Source of the DNA: Squalus acanthias
Taxonomy: Eukaryota
Assembly: GCA_030390025.1 (NCBI GenBank)
Contig: CM059438.1
Location: 54,996,001 to 55,060,000, forward strand
Reading direction: 5' to 3'
Length of the DNA: 64,000 bases
Part shown: piece after piece, positions 36,133 to 49,280 of the stretch
Position numbering within the stretch: position 1 is the first letter of the stretch
Layout of the letters: each line of letters begins with the position of its first letter
Notes under the pieces: model-generated
What the model saw: only the letters and a program-made list of their open reading frames with translations
Databases searched by the model: none
Told to the model about the DNA's origin: nothing
Translations under genes and position numbers: made by a program

Positions 36133-36837
36133 TTTATGTGTAGAAGTGTTTCCTAATTTCACTCCTGAAAGGTCTGGCTCTAATTTTTAGACCATGCCCC
36201 CTAATCCTAGACTCCCCAAGCAGCGGAAATAGTTTCTATCTTTTTTAAAAAATTAATTCATGGGATGTGGGCGTCGCTGGCAAGGCAAGCATTTATATTG
36301 CCCATCCCTATATGTTCCCCTTAATATCTTGAAAACTTCAATCAGATCACCCCTTAACTTTCTAAATTCTGGGGAATAGAACCCTAATTGGTGTAATCTC
36401 TCCTCATAACTTAACCCTTGGAGTCCAGGTATCATTTGGGCAAACCTACACTGCACTCCCTCCAAGGCCAATATATACTCTCTAAGGTGCGGTGTCCAGA
36501 ACTGTTCACAGTGCTCCAGTTGTGGTCTAACCAGGGTTTTGTATAGCTGCAGCATAACTTCTACCCCCTTGTACTCTAGTCCTCTAGATATAGCATTCCA
36601 TCAGCCTTTTTGATTATTTTCTTTACCTGTTCATGACATTTTAATGATCTATATACCTGGACCCCCAAGTCTCTTTGGACCTCCACTGTTTTTAGCTTTT
36701 CACCATTTAGAAAGTACCCTGTTCTATCTTTTTTAGGTCCAAAGTGGATGACCTCACATTTGCCTACATTGAAGTCCATTTGCTACAGTTTTGCCCATTC
36801 ACTTAATCTGTCGATATCCCTTTGTAATTTTATGCAT

Positions 36838-39800
36838 TAAGAACATAAGAAATAAGAGCAGAGTAGGCCATACGGCCCCTCGAGCCTGCTCCGCCATTCA
36901 ATAAGATCATGGCTGATCATCGACCTCAACTCCACTTTCCTGCCTGATCCCCATATCCCTTGATTCCCCTAGAGTCCAAAAATCTATCGATCTCAGCCTT
37001 GAATATACTCAAAGACTCAGCATTCACAGCCCTCTGGGGCAGAGAATTCCAAAGATTCACAACCCTCTGAGTGAAGAAATTCCTCCTCATCTTGGTCTTA
37101 AATGGCCTACCCCTTATCCGGAGACTATGCCCCATAGTTCTAGACACTCCAGCCAGGGGAAACAACCTCCCAGCATCAACTCTGTCAATCCCCTTTAGAA
37201 TCTTGTATGTTTCAATGAGATCACCTCTCATTCTTCTAATCTCCAGAGAGTATAGGCCCATTCTACACAATCTCTCATCATAGGACAGCCCTCTCATCCC
37301 AGGAATCAATCTAGTGAACCTTCGTTGCACCACCTCCAAGGCAAGTATATCCTTCCTTAGATAAAGAGACCAAAACTGTGCACAGTAATCCAGTTGTGGT
37401 CTCACCAAGGCCCTGTACAATTGTAGCAAGACTTCCTTACTTTTATACTCCAACCCCTTTGCAATAAAGGCCAACATGCCATTTGCCTTCCTTATTGCTT
37501 GCTGTACCTGCATGCTAGCTTTCTGTGTTTCTTGCACGAGGACACCCAAATCTCCAACATTTGAAACTTTCTCACCATTTAAAAAATATTCTGTTTTTCT
37601 ATTCTTCCTACCAAAGTGGATAACCTCACATTTCCCTACATTATACTCCATCTGCCACTTTACTGCCCACTCACTTAGTCTATCTATATCCCTTTGCAGA
37701 TTCTTTCTGTTCTCCTCACAGCTTACTGTCCCACCTAGCTTTGTATCATCAGTAAGCTTGGATACATTACACTCGGTCCCTTCATCTAGGTCATTAATAT
37801 AGATTGTAAATAGCTGAGGTCCCAGCACTGATCCTTGCAGCATCCCACTAGTTACAGCCTGCTAACCTGAAAAAGATCCGTTTATCCCTATTCTCTGTTT
37901 TCTGTCCGTTAACTATTCATGCTACTATATTACCCCCAGCCCCATGAGCCCTAATCTTGTGTAATAACCTTTTATGGGGCACCTTATCGAATGCCTTTTG
38001 TAAATCCAAATATACTACATCCACTGGTTCCCCTTTATCTACCCTGCTAGTTACATCCTCAAAAAACAATAATAAATTTGTCAAACACGATTTCCCTTTC
38101 ATAAAACCATGTTGACTCTACCTAATCATGTTATGATTTTCTAAGTACCCTGATACCACTTCCTTAACAATGGATTCCAGCATTTTCCCGACGACTGATG
38201 TCAGGCAAACTGGCCTGTAGCTCCCTGTTTTTTCTATCCCTCCTTTCTTGAATAGCGGTGTTACATTTGCAACCTTCCAATCGGCTGGGACCATTCTAGA
38301 ATCTAGGGAATTTTGGAAGATCAAAACCAATGCATCCACTATCTCTTCAGCCACCTCTTTTAGAACCCTAGGATGTAGGCTGTCAGGTCCAGGGGATTTG
38401 TCGGCTTTTAGCCCCATTAGTTTCACTAGTACTTTTTCTCTACTTATGCAATGGCACACCCAGCCCAGTCAACCCTGCAAAGTCCTCCTCACCAACATCT
38501 GGGGACTTGTGCCAAAATTGGGAGAGCTGTCCCACAGACTAGTCAAACAACAGCCTGACATAGTCATACTCACAGAATCATACCTTTCAGCCAATGTCCC
38601 GAACTCCTCCATCACCATCCCTGGGTATGTCCTGTCCCACCGGCAGGACAGACCCACCAGGGGTGGTGGCACAGTGGTATACAGTCGGGAAGGAGTGCCC
38701 CTGGGAGTCCTCAACATTGACTCCGGACCCCATGATGTCTCATGGCTTCAGGTCAAGCATGGGCAAGGAAACCTCCTGCTGATTACCACCTACCGCCCTC
38801 CCTCAGCTGATGAATCAGTACTCCTCCATGTTGAACACCACTTGGAAGAAGCACTGAGAGTAGCAAGGGCACAGAATGTACTCTGGGTGGGGACTTCAAT
38901 GTCCATCTCCAAGAGTGGCTCGGTAGCATCACCACTGACCGAGCTGGCCGAGTCCTGAAGGACATAGCTGCCAGTCTGGGCCTGCGACAGGTGGTGAGTG
39001 AACCAACAAGAGGGAAAAACCTACTTGACCTCGTCCTCACCAATCTACCTGTCGCAGATGCATCTGTCCATGACAGCATTGGCAGCAGTGACCACCGCAC
39101 AGTCATTGTGGAGACGAAGTCCCGTCTTCACACTGAGAACACCCTCCATCGTGTTGTGTGGCACTACCACCGTGCTAAATGGGATAGATTCAGAACAGAT
39201 CTAGCAGCTCAAAACTGGGCATCCATGAGGCGCTGTGGGGCAGCAGCAGAATTGTATTCCACCACAATCTGTAACCTCATGGCCCGGCATATCCCTCACT
39301 CTACCATTACCACCAAGCCAGGGGACCAACCCTGGTTCAACAACGAGTGTAGAAGAGCATGCCAGGAGCAGCACCAGGCGTACCTAAAAATGAGGTGCCA
39401 ACCTGGGGAAGCTGCAACACAAGACTACATGCATGCTAAAAAGCGGAAGAAGCATGCTATAGACAGGGCTAAGCGATCCCAAAATCAATGGATCAGATCA
39501 AAGCTCTGCAGTCCTGCCACATCCAGTCGTGAATGGTGGTGTACCATTAAACAACTAACGGGAGGAGGAGGCTCCAAGAATATCCCCATCCTCAATGATG
39601 GTGGAGCCCAGCACGTGAGTGCAAAAGACAAGGCTGAAGCGTTTGCAACCAACTTCAGCCAGAAGTGCCGAGTGGATGATCCATATCAGCCTACTCCTGA
39701 GGTCCCCACCATCACAGAAGCCAGTCTTCAGCCAATTCGATTCACTCCATGTGATATCAAGAAACGGCTGAGCGCACTGGATACAGCAAGGGCTATGGGC

Positions 39801-42800
39801 CCCGACAATATCCAGGCTATCGTGCTGAAGACTTGTGCTCCAGAACTAGCTACGCCTCTAGCCAAGCTGTTCCAGTACAGCTACAACACTGGCATCTATC
39901 CGACAATGTGGAAAACTGCCCAGGTATGTACTGTCCACAAAAAGCAGGACAAATCCAACCCGGCTAATTACCGCCCCATCAGTCTACTCTCAATCATCAG
40001 CAAAGTGATGGAAGGTGTCATCGACAGTGCTATCAAGCAGCACTTACTCACCAATAACCTGCTCACTGATGCCCAGTTTGGGTTCCGCCAAGACCACTCG
40101 GCTCCCAACCTCATTACAGGCTTAGTCCAAACATGGACAAAGGAGCTGAATTCCAGAGGTGAGGTGAGAGTGACTGCCCTTGGCATCAAGGCAGCATTTG
40201 ACCGAGTCTGGCATCAAGGAGCCCTAGTAAAACTGAAGTCAATGGGAATCAGGGGGAAAACACTCCACTGGCAGGAGTCATACCTAGCACAAAGGGTGGT
40301 GGTTGAAGGTCGATCATTACAGCCCCAGGACATCACTGCAGGTGTTCCTCAGGGCAGTGTCCTAGGCCCAACCATCTTCAGCTGCTTCATCAATGACCTT
40401 CCCTCCAACATAAGGTCAGAAATGGGGATGTTCGCTGATGACTGCACACTGTTCAGCGCCATTTGCAACTCCACAGATAATGAAGCAGTGCATGCCCGCG
40501 TGCAACAAGATGTGGACGACGTTCAGGCTTGGGCTGATAAGTGGCAGGTAACATTCGCGCCACAGAAGTGCCAGGCAATGACTATCTCCAACAAGCGAGA
40601 GTCTAACCACCACCCCTTGAGATTCAATGGCATTACTGAGCAGTTGGTTTCAGCCATTTTGGACCAGGCAGTTGTATTAAAAAGCCTTTGTTTTCCCACA
40701 CATGGATTCAGTCTTAATTCGTGTTTCGCGGCAGCCTCAACATTACCATCACCGAATCCCCCACTATCAACATCCTGGGGGTCACCATTAGCCAGAAACT
40801 TAACTGGACCAGCCACATAAATACTGTGGCAACAAGAGCAGGTCACAGGCTTGGTATTCTGCGGCGAGTGTCTCACCTCCTGACTCCCCAAAGCCTTTCC
40901 ACCATCTACAAGGCACAAGTAAGGAGTGTGATGGAATACTCTCCACTTGCTTGGATGAGTGCAGCTCCAACAATACTCAAGAAGCTCGACACCATCCAGG
41001 ACAAAGCAGCCCACTTGATTGGCACCCCATCCACCACCTTAAACATTCACTCCCTCCACCACCGGCGTACCGTGTCTGCAATGTATACCATCTACAAGAT
41101 GCACTGCAGCAACTTGCCAAGGCTTCTTCAGCAGCACCTCCCAAACCCGAGACCTCTTCCACCTAGAAGGACAAGGGCAGCAGGCGCATGGGAACACCGC
41201 CACCTGCAAGTTCCCCTCCAAGTCACACACCATCCTGACTTAGAAGTATATCGCCGATCCTTCATCGTCGCTGGGTCAAAATCCTGGAACTCCCTACCTA
41301 ACCGCACTGTGGGAATACCATCACCACACGGACTGCAGTGGTTCAAGAAGGTGGCTCACCACCACCTTCTCAAGGGCAACTAGGGATAGGCAATAAATGC
41401 TGGCATTGCCAGCAACGCCCTGATCCCATAAATGAATAAAATTAATTATGTTAAGTTCCTCACCCTCATTAGACCCTTGGTTCTCCACCATTTGTGGCAT
41501 GCTTTTTGTGTCTTCTACTGTGAAGACAGATACAAAATATTTGTTTAACGTTTCTGCCATTTCCTTATTCCCCATAATAATTTCTCCTGTCTGAGCCTCT
41601 AAGGGACCAACGTTTACTTTTGCTACTCTCTTCCTTTTTACATATTTGTAGAATCTCTTACTTTTATATTTCTTGCTAGTTTTCTCTCATATTCTATTTT
41701 TTCCCTTTTTATCAATTTTTTGGTCAACCTTTGCTGGTTTCTGAATCTCTCCCAATCCTCAAGTTTACTGTTATTCTTTGCAACATTATTAGCTTCTTTC
41801 ATTCTAATGCTATCCTTAATTTCTTTAGTTAGCCACGGTTGGATCACTTTTCCTGTGGAGTTTTTGTTTCTCAATGGAATGTATTTTTGTTGAGAATTAT
41901 GCAATATTTCTTTAAATGCTAGCCACTGCTTATCTACCACCATACTTTTTAATCTATTTTTCCAATCTACCTTAGCCAACTCGCCCCTCATTACTTATGT
42001 AATTTGCTTTATTTAAGTTTAAGACTCTAGTTTCGTACTTAGGCAAGTCACTCTCAAAATTAAGGTGAAATTCTATCATATTATGATGACTGCCCCAGAG
42101 GATCCTTTACTGTGAGATTGCTAATTAACCCTGTCTCATTACACAATAGAAGATCTAAAATAGCCTGTTCCCTGGTTGGTTCCATGACATATTCTAGGAA
42201 ACTGTCCCGATTGCATTCCATGAACTCGTCCTCCAGACTACCTTTGCCAATTTGATTTGTCCAGTCGATATGAAGATTAAAGTCCCCCAAGATTATTGCA
42301 TTACCTTTGTTGCAAGCTCCTACTATTTCTTGATTAATATTCTGTCCAACGGTATAGCTACTGTTAGGGGGCCTATATACTACTCCTACCAGTGTTTTCT
42401 GCCCCTTGTTATTCCTTATCTCCACCCATACTGATTCTACTTCCTGATCTTCCGAGCCAAGATCTTTTCTCGCTACTGTCCTTATGTCATCCTTTATTAT
42501 CAGGGCTGCTCCCCCTCTTTTTCCATTCTGCTTGTCTTTTCAAAATGTTAAGTACCCTGGAACATTTAGTTCCCAACCTTGGCCACCTTGCAACCACGTC
42601 TCTGTAATGGCTATTAGATCAAACCCATTTATCTCTATTTGTGCCACTAGTTCGTCTATCTTGTTATGAATGCTTTGTGCATTCAGATAAAGAGCCTTTA
42701 ATTTAATTTTTTTACCATTATTCCCTGCTTTGACCTTGTTCTCTGCTGCACTGCTACCGTTAAACTCTCTGTCCCTTCCTGTCACACTCTGCTTATTTTT

Positions 42801-42870
42801 ACCCAAATCGCTACACTGTTCTATTGCCTTGACCTTTCCCTTTAGATTTCTAAATTCCCCCTCACATGAC
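36838..42870 (-). mobile_element. CR1 LINE with nearly whole ORF2 (36838-38447 and 41440-42870), split by a second LINE
   Basis: EN motifs (LYLNAQSI, AITETWL, VYRPPNS, GDFN) at 42080-42800; RT at 36926-38459. Confidence 0.92.
38449..41440 (+). mobile_element. Second CR1/L2-group LINE family, near-complete APE-EN + RT ORF with frameshifts
   Basis: NIWGL...DIVILTES, YRPP, SDH, YRPISLL, QFGFR, GVPQGSVLGP and FADD motifs; tail atgaataaa. Confidence 0.9.
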
Positions 42871-43734
42871 CACTGCCTACAATGCCGCCTATTTTTCTGT
42901 CATCGGCAAATTTGGATATATGATTTTCTATGGCATCATCTACCTCATTAATAAATACGGTGAATTGTTGAGGCCCCAACACAGATCCTTTCGGGACACC
43001 ACTAGTCACATCCTGACAATGTGAGTACCTGCCCATTATCCCCACTCTCTGTTTCCTGCCGCTCAGCCAATTTCTTAACCAGGTCAATAAATTGCCCTCA
43101 ATTCCGTGGGCTTCTACCTTAGTTAACAGTCTCTTATGTGGGACTTTAACAAATGCCTTCTGGAAGTCCATATAAATAACATCCATAGACATTCCCCTGT
43201 CCGCTACCTCTTCAAGAAACTCAAATCAGGTTTGTCAGGCATAACCTACCTTTCACAAATCCATGCTGGCTCTCTCTGATCAACTGAAAATTTGAGGTGT
43301 TCAGTCACCCTATCCTTAATTATAGACTCTAGCAATTTCCCGATAACAGATGTTAGGCTAACTGGTTTATAATTCCCTGGTTTCCCTCTCTCACCATTCT
43401 TAAATAACGGAGTGACATGCACAATTTTCCAATCTAAAGGAACGGTTCCTGAATCGAGAGAACTTTGGAAGATTATAGTTAGGGCATCTGCAATGTGCTC
43501 ACCTACTTCCTTTAAAACCCTGGGATGGAAACCATCTGATCCTGGGGATTAGTCACTCTTTCGTGCCATTATTTTCTTCATTACTGTTATTTTACTTATG
43601 TTAATTTTGAGTCCCTGTTCCTAATTCAGTATTAGTATCCTTGGGATTTCTGGCATGCTATCCTCTTCCTCTACTGTAAATGCTGACGCAAAGTAATTAT
43701 TCAGCATGTCCGCCATTTCCTTATTATCATTGAC
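42870..43734 (-). mobile_element. CR1 internal RT fragment
   Basis: DVIYMDFQKAF, GVPKGSVLGP and KFADD motifs. Confidence 0.85.
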
Positions 43735-44079
43735 AAACTTGGGTCCCCTGCTGAGGCATGCAGCCACTCAGCAGCGCAGTCAGCGCTGAGCTGCACACCA
43801 TAATCATTATAATTAGCAGGCAGCACAGACTTCTTGGGCTAAAAATTCGATTGCCTCCGAAAACAGGCAAACTTTGTGCTGCCTACTGTTTGTAATGATT
43901 ATGGCGTGAAGCCCAGCGCTGGGCTCCCTGCACGCCTCAGCAGGGGGCCCAAGTTTGTGCGAGGCTAGCACCACTTAAAGTTAGCCTGCACTACTTAAAG
44001 GCAGCCTGCATCTCTTAAAGGGGAGGTGCATTCTGGCTGCAGCAGGTGATTCAACTGACTGGGGAACAAAGTCTGAGCA

Positions 44080-45995
44080 GGAACAGCACAGAGTAATGGC
44101 AGCGAGCGGGCTCCAAGATTCTCTGAAGCAGCACTGGAGGCCTTGGTGCAGGAGGTGGATAGGAAGAGAGAGGTCCTCTATCCATAGGGGGCCAGGAGGC
44201 CCTCCAGACAAACTCTGAGAAGGCAATGGGTGCAGACAGACATCATGGTCAATGCCAGCGGTGTGGCCCTGATGCAGTGTCGCAAAAAGTTCAATGACCT
44301 CACACGAGTGGTCAAGAAAAGTGAATTCATCCTCAAATACCATATCCCTACAACTGTAGCACGAGGCTCAGGCACCGCTCAATTCACTCACCTACCAACA
44401 AACTCTATCAATCATGACTCATACCTGACATCCATAGCTTCAACTCACCCTCACACACTTAACAATGCTGCAAGCCTCACACCCACATCTCAAAGCTTGC
44501 ATACTCTGCCAGCTATTCAACCATGACAGGCACATCACCCAAATACATTGCACCACACTCAATGACACACTTCCTTCCCTCTTGCAGACAAGGTAGCTCA
44601 TAATCGGAGGCAGCAGGAGCTACCTGCAGGGAGACAGGCATGCCTGCATGACCTAACCCCCAAGGAGGAGATGGTTTTAGAGGTAATTGGAGTGGCCATT
44701 GCTGAGCCTGTGGCCAGCGGCAGGGCTGAAATAATCCAAGATGACGGTATCTTCATCCCTAATCCTCCTTCTCACAATCTCTTCTGATTTACAAGCTGCA
44801 GATAGTGTAAGCATGCACCTCTTGCTTTCCCCCTTCCCCTCATCGCAACCCTACCCTTGTGCTTTTCTTCTTTCAGACAGCCAATAGCTGCAACCTGGGC
44901 AGGCAGTGTCATAGGAGCAGGAAGTGCAAGAGGAAGATAGAAGTGATGCTGAAGATGCACCGTCACCTGATTTCACACTCTCAGCCACCAGCTCAGATAC
45001 TGACACTCCGCGTACTTTAGAGGATAGGTTAGATGCGGGATCTGCACGTGGTGAGACACCGGGCACGAGAGGCCTGCAGCCAGGGCAGGGGACAAGGGTA
45101 GCTCAGGTGCCAGCTCCCCGAGGGGCGTGGTCCTACACAAGTTCTGCTGCACAGGACTGAGATGAGGACTTTGATGGGCGGCCTACAGAAGAAGGCTGAT
45201 GGGTATAGACAATGAAATGCTTGGTACATTGGTAGGCCTTCCAGAAAGCCTGTGTGCAATGTCAAGGAGCATGGAGAAGTCCAGCACCAACCTTGCGCAG
45301 AGCTTGGAGCCCATCCTTTCCAGGGTGGAAGTGGTGGGCAACTCTATTAGCTCAGTTGTGGACCCAACCATGATGCAGCATCTGATGGCCGATGTCTTGG
45401 CTTCCATTGCAGCACAAGCAGAAGCCACCCAACGTCTGAGTGCTGCAGTGGAGGCTCAGCTTGTTGCCACGCAAGATCAGACTGAAGTCATGCAAGCTCA
45501 GCTCTTTGCTACGTGAGCTCAGACTGGACTCCTGCAAGCTCAGAATGCTGCCATCATTGCTGCGGATAGCAGCGCTCAAAGGGACTTGCAGGGCGTCACA
45601 ACAATCTGTCCTCCAATAGATTACTAGGATTGCTGAGGCGCCACCCCAGAGGAGTGGCAGTGGCTTCATGGAGGATGAACCTGCTGTCCTCTCTCAGGAT
45701 GACAGCATTTGTACTTCCGCCATTGCCACTCCGCCAGTGCCCTTGCTTTTGCCTGTCAGCCAGCCAGCCCAGACTGCTGCCGCCCATGCAGAGGTGGTGC
45801 AAGCTGAAGCCGGGCCTTCTGGGCTCAGAGCTGCTTGAGGTCGTCCTCCAAGGCCATCTGCAGTCTCCCCCACTGAAAGTCAGCAGCCTTCCACCAGCCA
45901 TGCTGCAGCCACTGGGGTAGCACTGCGTAGGAGCACTAAGACAGGCAAAGGCACACAGAAGACGGGCACTAAGGGAACGCAAAAGGGTCATTAGT
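44080..45995 (+). pseudogene. Harbinger Myb/SANT gene, disabled
   Basis: ERAPRFSEAALEALVQEV...(stop)...QCRKKFNDLTRVVK; exon 2 KVAHNRRQQ after cttgcag at about 44587. Same architecture as the 28057 copy. Confidence 0.85.
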
Positions 45996-46496
45996 TGACT
46001 TTGGTATGTAATGTTGGATGGTTTAATTTATAAATCTGGTTTGGAATGTTTGTTTTGTGGTGGCTTTTATTGCAGCATTGTGGCCAAGAGAATGCTGTGA
46101 TGGTCAGTAACAGAGGGAGGAACAGCCCGGCCAGAAAGGGGCTGTGTTGGTTGGTTGCTTCCTCCCTTCCTGCTCCTCCTCCTCAGCTCTTCGAGCAGCT
46201 TGTCCTCCTGTGTGTTGCCTCTGCTCGTTCTCCCTGTCATGCTGCAGGCCAAGGGGGATAGAAATAAATGGTAGGACACTGAGAAGTGCAGAGGATCAGA
46301 GGGACCTTGGAGTGCATGTCCACAGATCCCTGAAGGTAGCAGGACAGGTAGATTTGCCACTTTTTCAAATAAAGTTGTCGGCTGCTTGGTCATCCAGCAG
46401 TTAAACTTTGTGTTTGACCACGAGGAGGAGGAGAGAGCGAGTTTACAAAAGAAACTTTTTCAAAACTATCTACCAAACTATTTAAAATATTAATTA

Positions 46497-48058
46497 ACAT
46501 AAGAACATAAGAAATAGGAGCAGGAGTAGGCCAATCGGCCCCTCGAGCCTGCTCCGCCATTCAATAAGATCATGGCTGATCTGATCCTAACCGCCAATCT
46601 ACTATCTATCACAGAACCATCTCCTGCATCTAACAGAATTGCACACACGAAATAGGAGCAGAATCAGGCTACACAGTCCCTGGGCCCGCTCCACTACCCA
46701 CAGGGCCATGACCGATCCGAACCTAGACTCATGTCCAAATTCCTGCCCGCTCCCCGTAACCCTTAATGCCCTTTACTTCTAGGAAACTGTCTATTTCTGT
46801 TTTAAATTTAATTAATGTTGTAGCTTCTACAGCTTTTTGTGGCAGCATATTCCATGGACCTACCACCCTCTGAGTGAAGTAGTTCCTCCTCATCTCAGTT
46901 TTGAAAGAGCAGCCCCTTATTCTAAGACTATGTCCCCTAGTTCTCGTCTCACCCGTCATCGGGAACATCCTCCCCGCATCCACCCGATCCAACCCCTTCA
47001 CAATCTTATATGTTTCAATAAGATCGCCTCTCATTCTTCTGAACTCCAATGAGTAGAGTCCCAATCTACCCAACCTCTCCTCATATGACCACCCCCTCAT
47101 CCCCGGGATTAACCGAGTGAACCTTTTTTGCACTGCCTCGAGAGCAAGGATGTCTTTCCTTAAGTAAGGACACCAAAACTGTATGCAGTATTCCAGGTGC
47201 GGTCTCACCAATACCTTGTACAACTGAAGCAATACCTCCCTATTTTTATATTCTATCCCCCTAGCAATGAAAGCCAACATTCCATTTGCCTTCTTAATCA
47301 CTTGCTGCACCTGCATACTAACCTTTTGAGTTTCGTGCACCAGGACCCCCAGATCCCTTTGCACTTCAGTACTCTCCAGTTTCTTGCCATTAAGATAATA
47401 AATTGCTCTAGGATTTTTCCTACCAAAGTGCATCACCTCACACTTTCCAGTGTTGTATTCCATCTGCCAAATCTCTGCCCACTTACTTAGCCTGTCTATG
47501 TCCCCTTGCAGGTTTTTTATGTCCTCCTCACTCACTACTTTCCCTCCCATCTTTGTATCATCTGCAAATTTTGATATGTTACACTTGGTCCCTTCCTCCA
47601 AATCGTTAATATAGATTGTGAAGAGTTGGGGACCCAGCACTGACCCCTGTGGAACACCACTAGTTACTGATTGCCAGTCTGAGAATGAACCATTTATCCC
47701 AACTCTTTGCTTTCTGTTAGATAGCCAATCCTCTATCCATGCCAGAATATTACCCCCAATCCCGTGATTTTTTACCTTAAGCAATAATCTTTTGTGTGGC
47801 ACCTTGTCAAATGCCTTTTGGAAGTCTAAATACACTACGTCCACTGGTTCCCCTTTATCCACTCTATATGTTACTTCCTCAAAGAACTCCAGCAAATTTG
47901 TCAAACATGACTTCCCCTTCGTAAAACCATGCTGACTTTGTCCTATTAAATTATGATTATCCAAATGTCCTGTTACTGTTTCCTTAATAATGGACTCCAA
48001 AATTTTACCTACCACAGATGTTAGGCTAACCGGTCTATAGTTACCAGCCTTCTGTCTA
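46497..48058 (-). mobile_element. 5'-truncated CR1 of a sister subfamily in opposite orientation
   Basis: Uninterrupted 428-aa ORF 46729-48015, closely similar to the C-terminal part of the 50684-52231 protein. Confidence 0.95.
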
Positions 48059-48283
48059 AGTTCAAGACCATCGAATTAGGAATCTACAAAAAAAATCTAC
48101 AGATCAAACTGTCACAGGACGGAGTGAGGAGACTCAGATCAAACTGTCAGGACGGAGTGAAGAGACTCAGATCAAACTGTCAGGACGGAGTGAAGAGACT
48201 CAGATCAAACTGTCACAGAAGTGTATTGTTTTAATTTAAATTAAAGGGTAAATAATATTAATAAATTTAATTAATTACATAGA

Positions 48284-49240
48284 ATGGGAGAGCAGGTGAT
48301 GTGTTACTGCTGCAATATGTGGGAGCTGGTGGACACCATTGATGTTCACGGTGATCACATTTGCAGTAAGTGTTGGCTGCTCGAGGAACTCCGGCTCCGT
48401 GTTGATGAGCTGGAGTCCGAGCTTCAAACACTGCGACACATCAGGGAGGGGGAGAGTTACCTGGACTCTGTGTTCCAGGAGGTAGTCACACCAATTAGAT
48501 TAACTAATTCAGATGTAGCCCGTGATCAGGGACAGGAGGGTTTGAGTACGAGTGAGGCAGGTAGGGGGATCGAGGAGGTAGTGTTGGAGGAGCCGCAGCC
48601 CTTGCTCTTGTCCAACAGGTTCGAGGCTCTTACTCCCTGTGAGGACGGGAGCAGGGACTGCAGGGAGGATGAGCAACCTGGCCACAGCACCGTGGTACGG
48701 GGAGCCATTCAAGTGGGGGGAGTAAAAAGAAATGTTGTAGTGGTAGGGGATAGTATCATTAAGAGGATAGATAGGGTTCTTTGCAGCCGAGAGCGAGAGT
48801 CCCGAAGGCTGTGTTGCCTGCCCGGTGCCAGGGTTAAGGACATCTCCTCTGGGCTAGAGAGAAACTTGGAGTGGGAGGGGGAAGATCCAGTTGTCGTGGT
48901 CCATGTTGGTACCAATGACATAGATAGGACAAGGAATGAGGTTCTGCTGAGGGAGTATGAGCAGCTAGGGGCCAAATTAAAAAACAGAACCTCTAGGGTA
49001 GTAATCTCTGGATTACTACCTGAGCCACGAGCAAATTTGGCTAGGGTAAATAAAATCAGAGAGTTAAATGCGTGGCTCAAAGACTGGTGTGGGAGAAATG
49101 GGTTTTGCTTCCTGGGACACTGGCACCAGTACTGGGACAGCAGAGAGCTGTTCCGTTGGGACGGACTTCACTTGGCCAGTGCTGGGACTAGAGTCCTGGC
49201 GAATCGAATAACTAGGGCTGTAGAGAGGGCTTTAAACTAA
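48284..49240 (+). CDS. CR1 ORF1p: Cys zinc-finger, coiled coil and SGNH/GDSL esterase-like domain
   Basis: CYCCNMW...CSKC; leucine heptads LEELRLRVDELESELQTL; esterase blocks VGDS, PGA, HVGTND and DGLHL; 318 aa open. Confidence 0.9.
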   Translation: MGEQVMCYCCNMWELVDTIDVHGDHICSKCWLLEELRLRVDELESELQTLRHIREGESYLDSVFQEVVTPIRLTNSDVARDQGQEGLSTSEAGRGIEEVVLEEPQPLLLSNRFEALTPCEDGSRDCREDEQPGHSTVVRGAIQVGGVKRNVVVVGDSIIKRIDRVLCSRERESRRLCCLPGARVKDISSGLERNLEWEGEDPVVVVHVGTNDIDRTRNEVLLREYEQLGAKLKNRTSRVVISGLLPEPRANLARVNKIRELNAWLKDWCGRNGFCFLGHWHQYWDSRELFRWDGLHLASAGTRVLANRITRAVERALN

Positions 49241-49280
49241 TTAGTGGGGGGGGGAGGTTTCAAGAGAGCAAAAAATAAAA

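Larger units (their letters stand above)
33145..36837 (-). mobile_element. CR1 3' fragment (33145-33362 and 36133-36837) split by a Harbinger element
   Basis: ttccaaacttctaccactcttt resumes as atgtgtagaagtgtttcc; ORFs 36253-36555 and 36576-36779 are CR1 RT. Confidence 0.85.
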
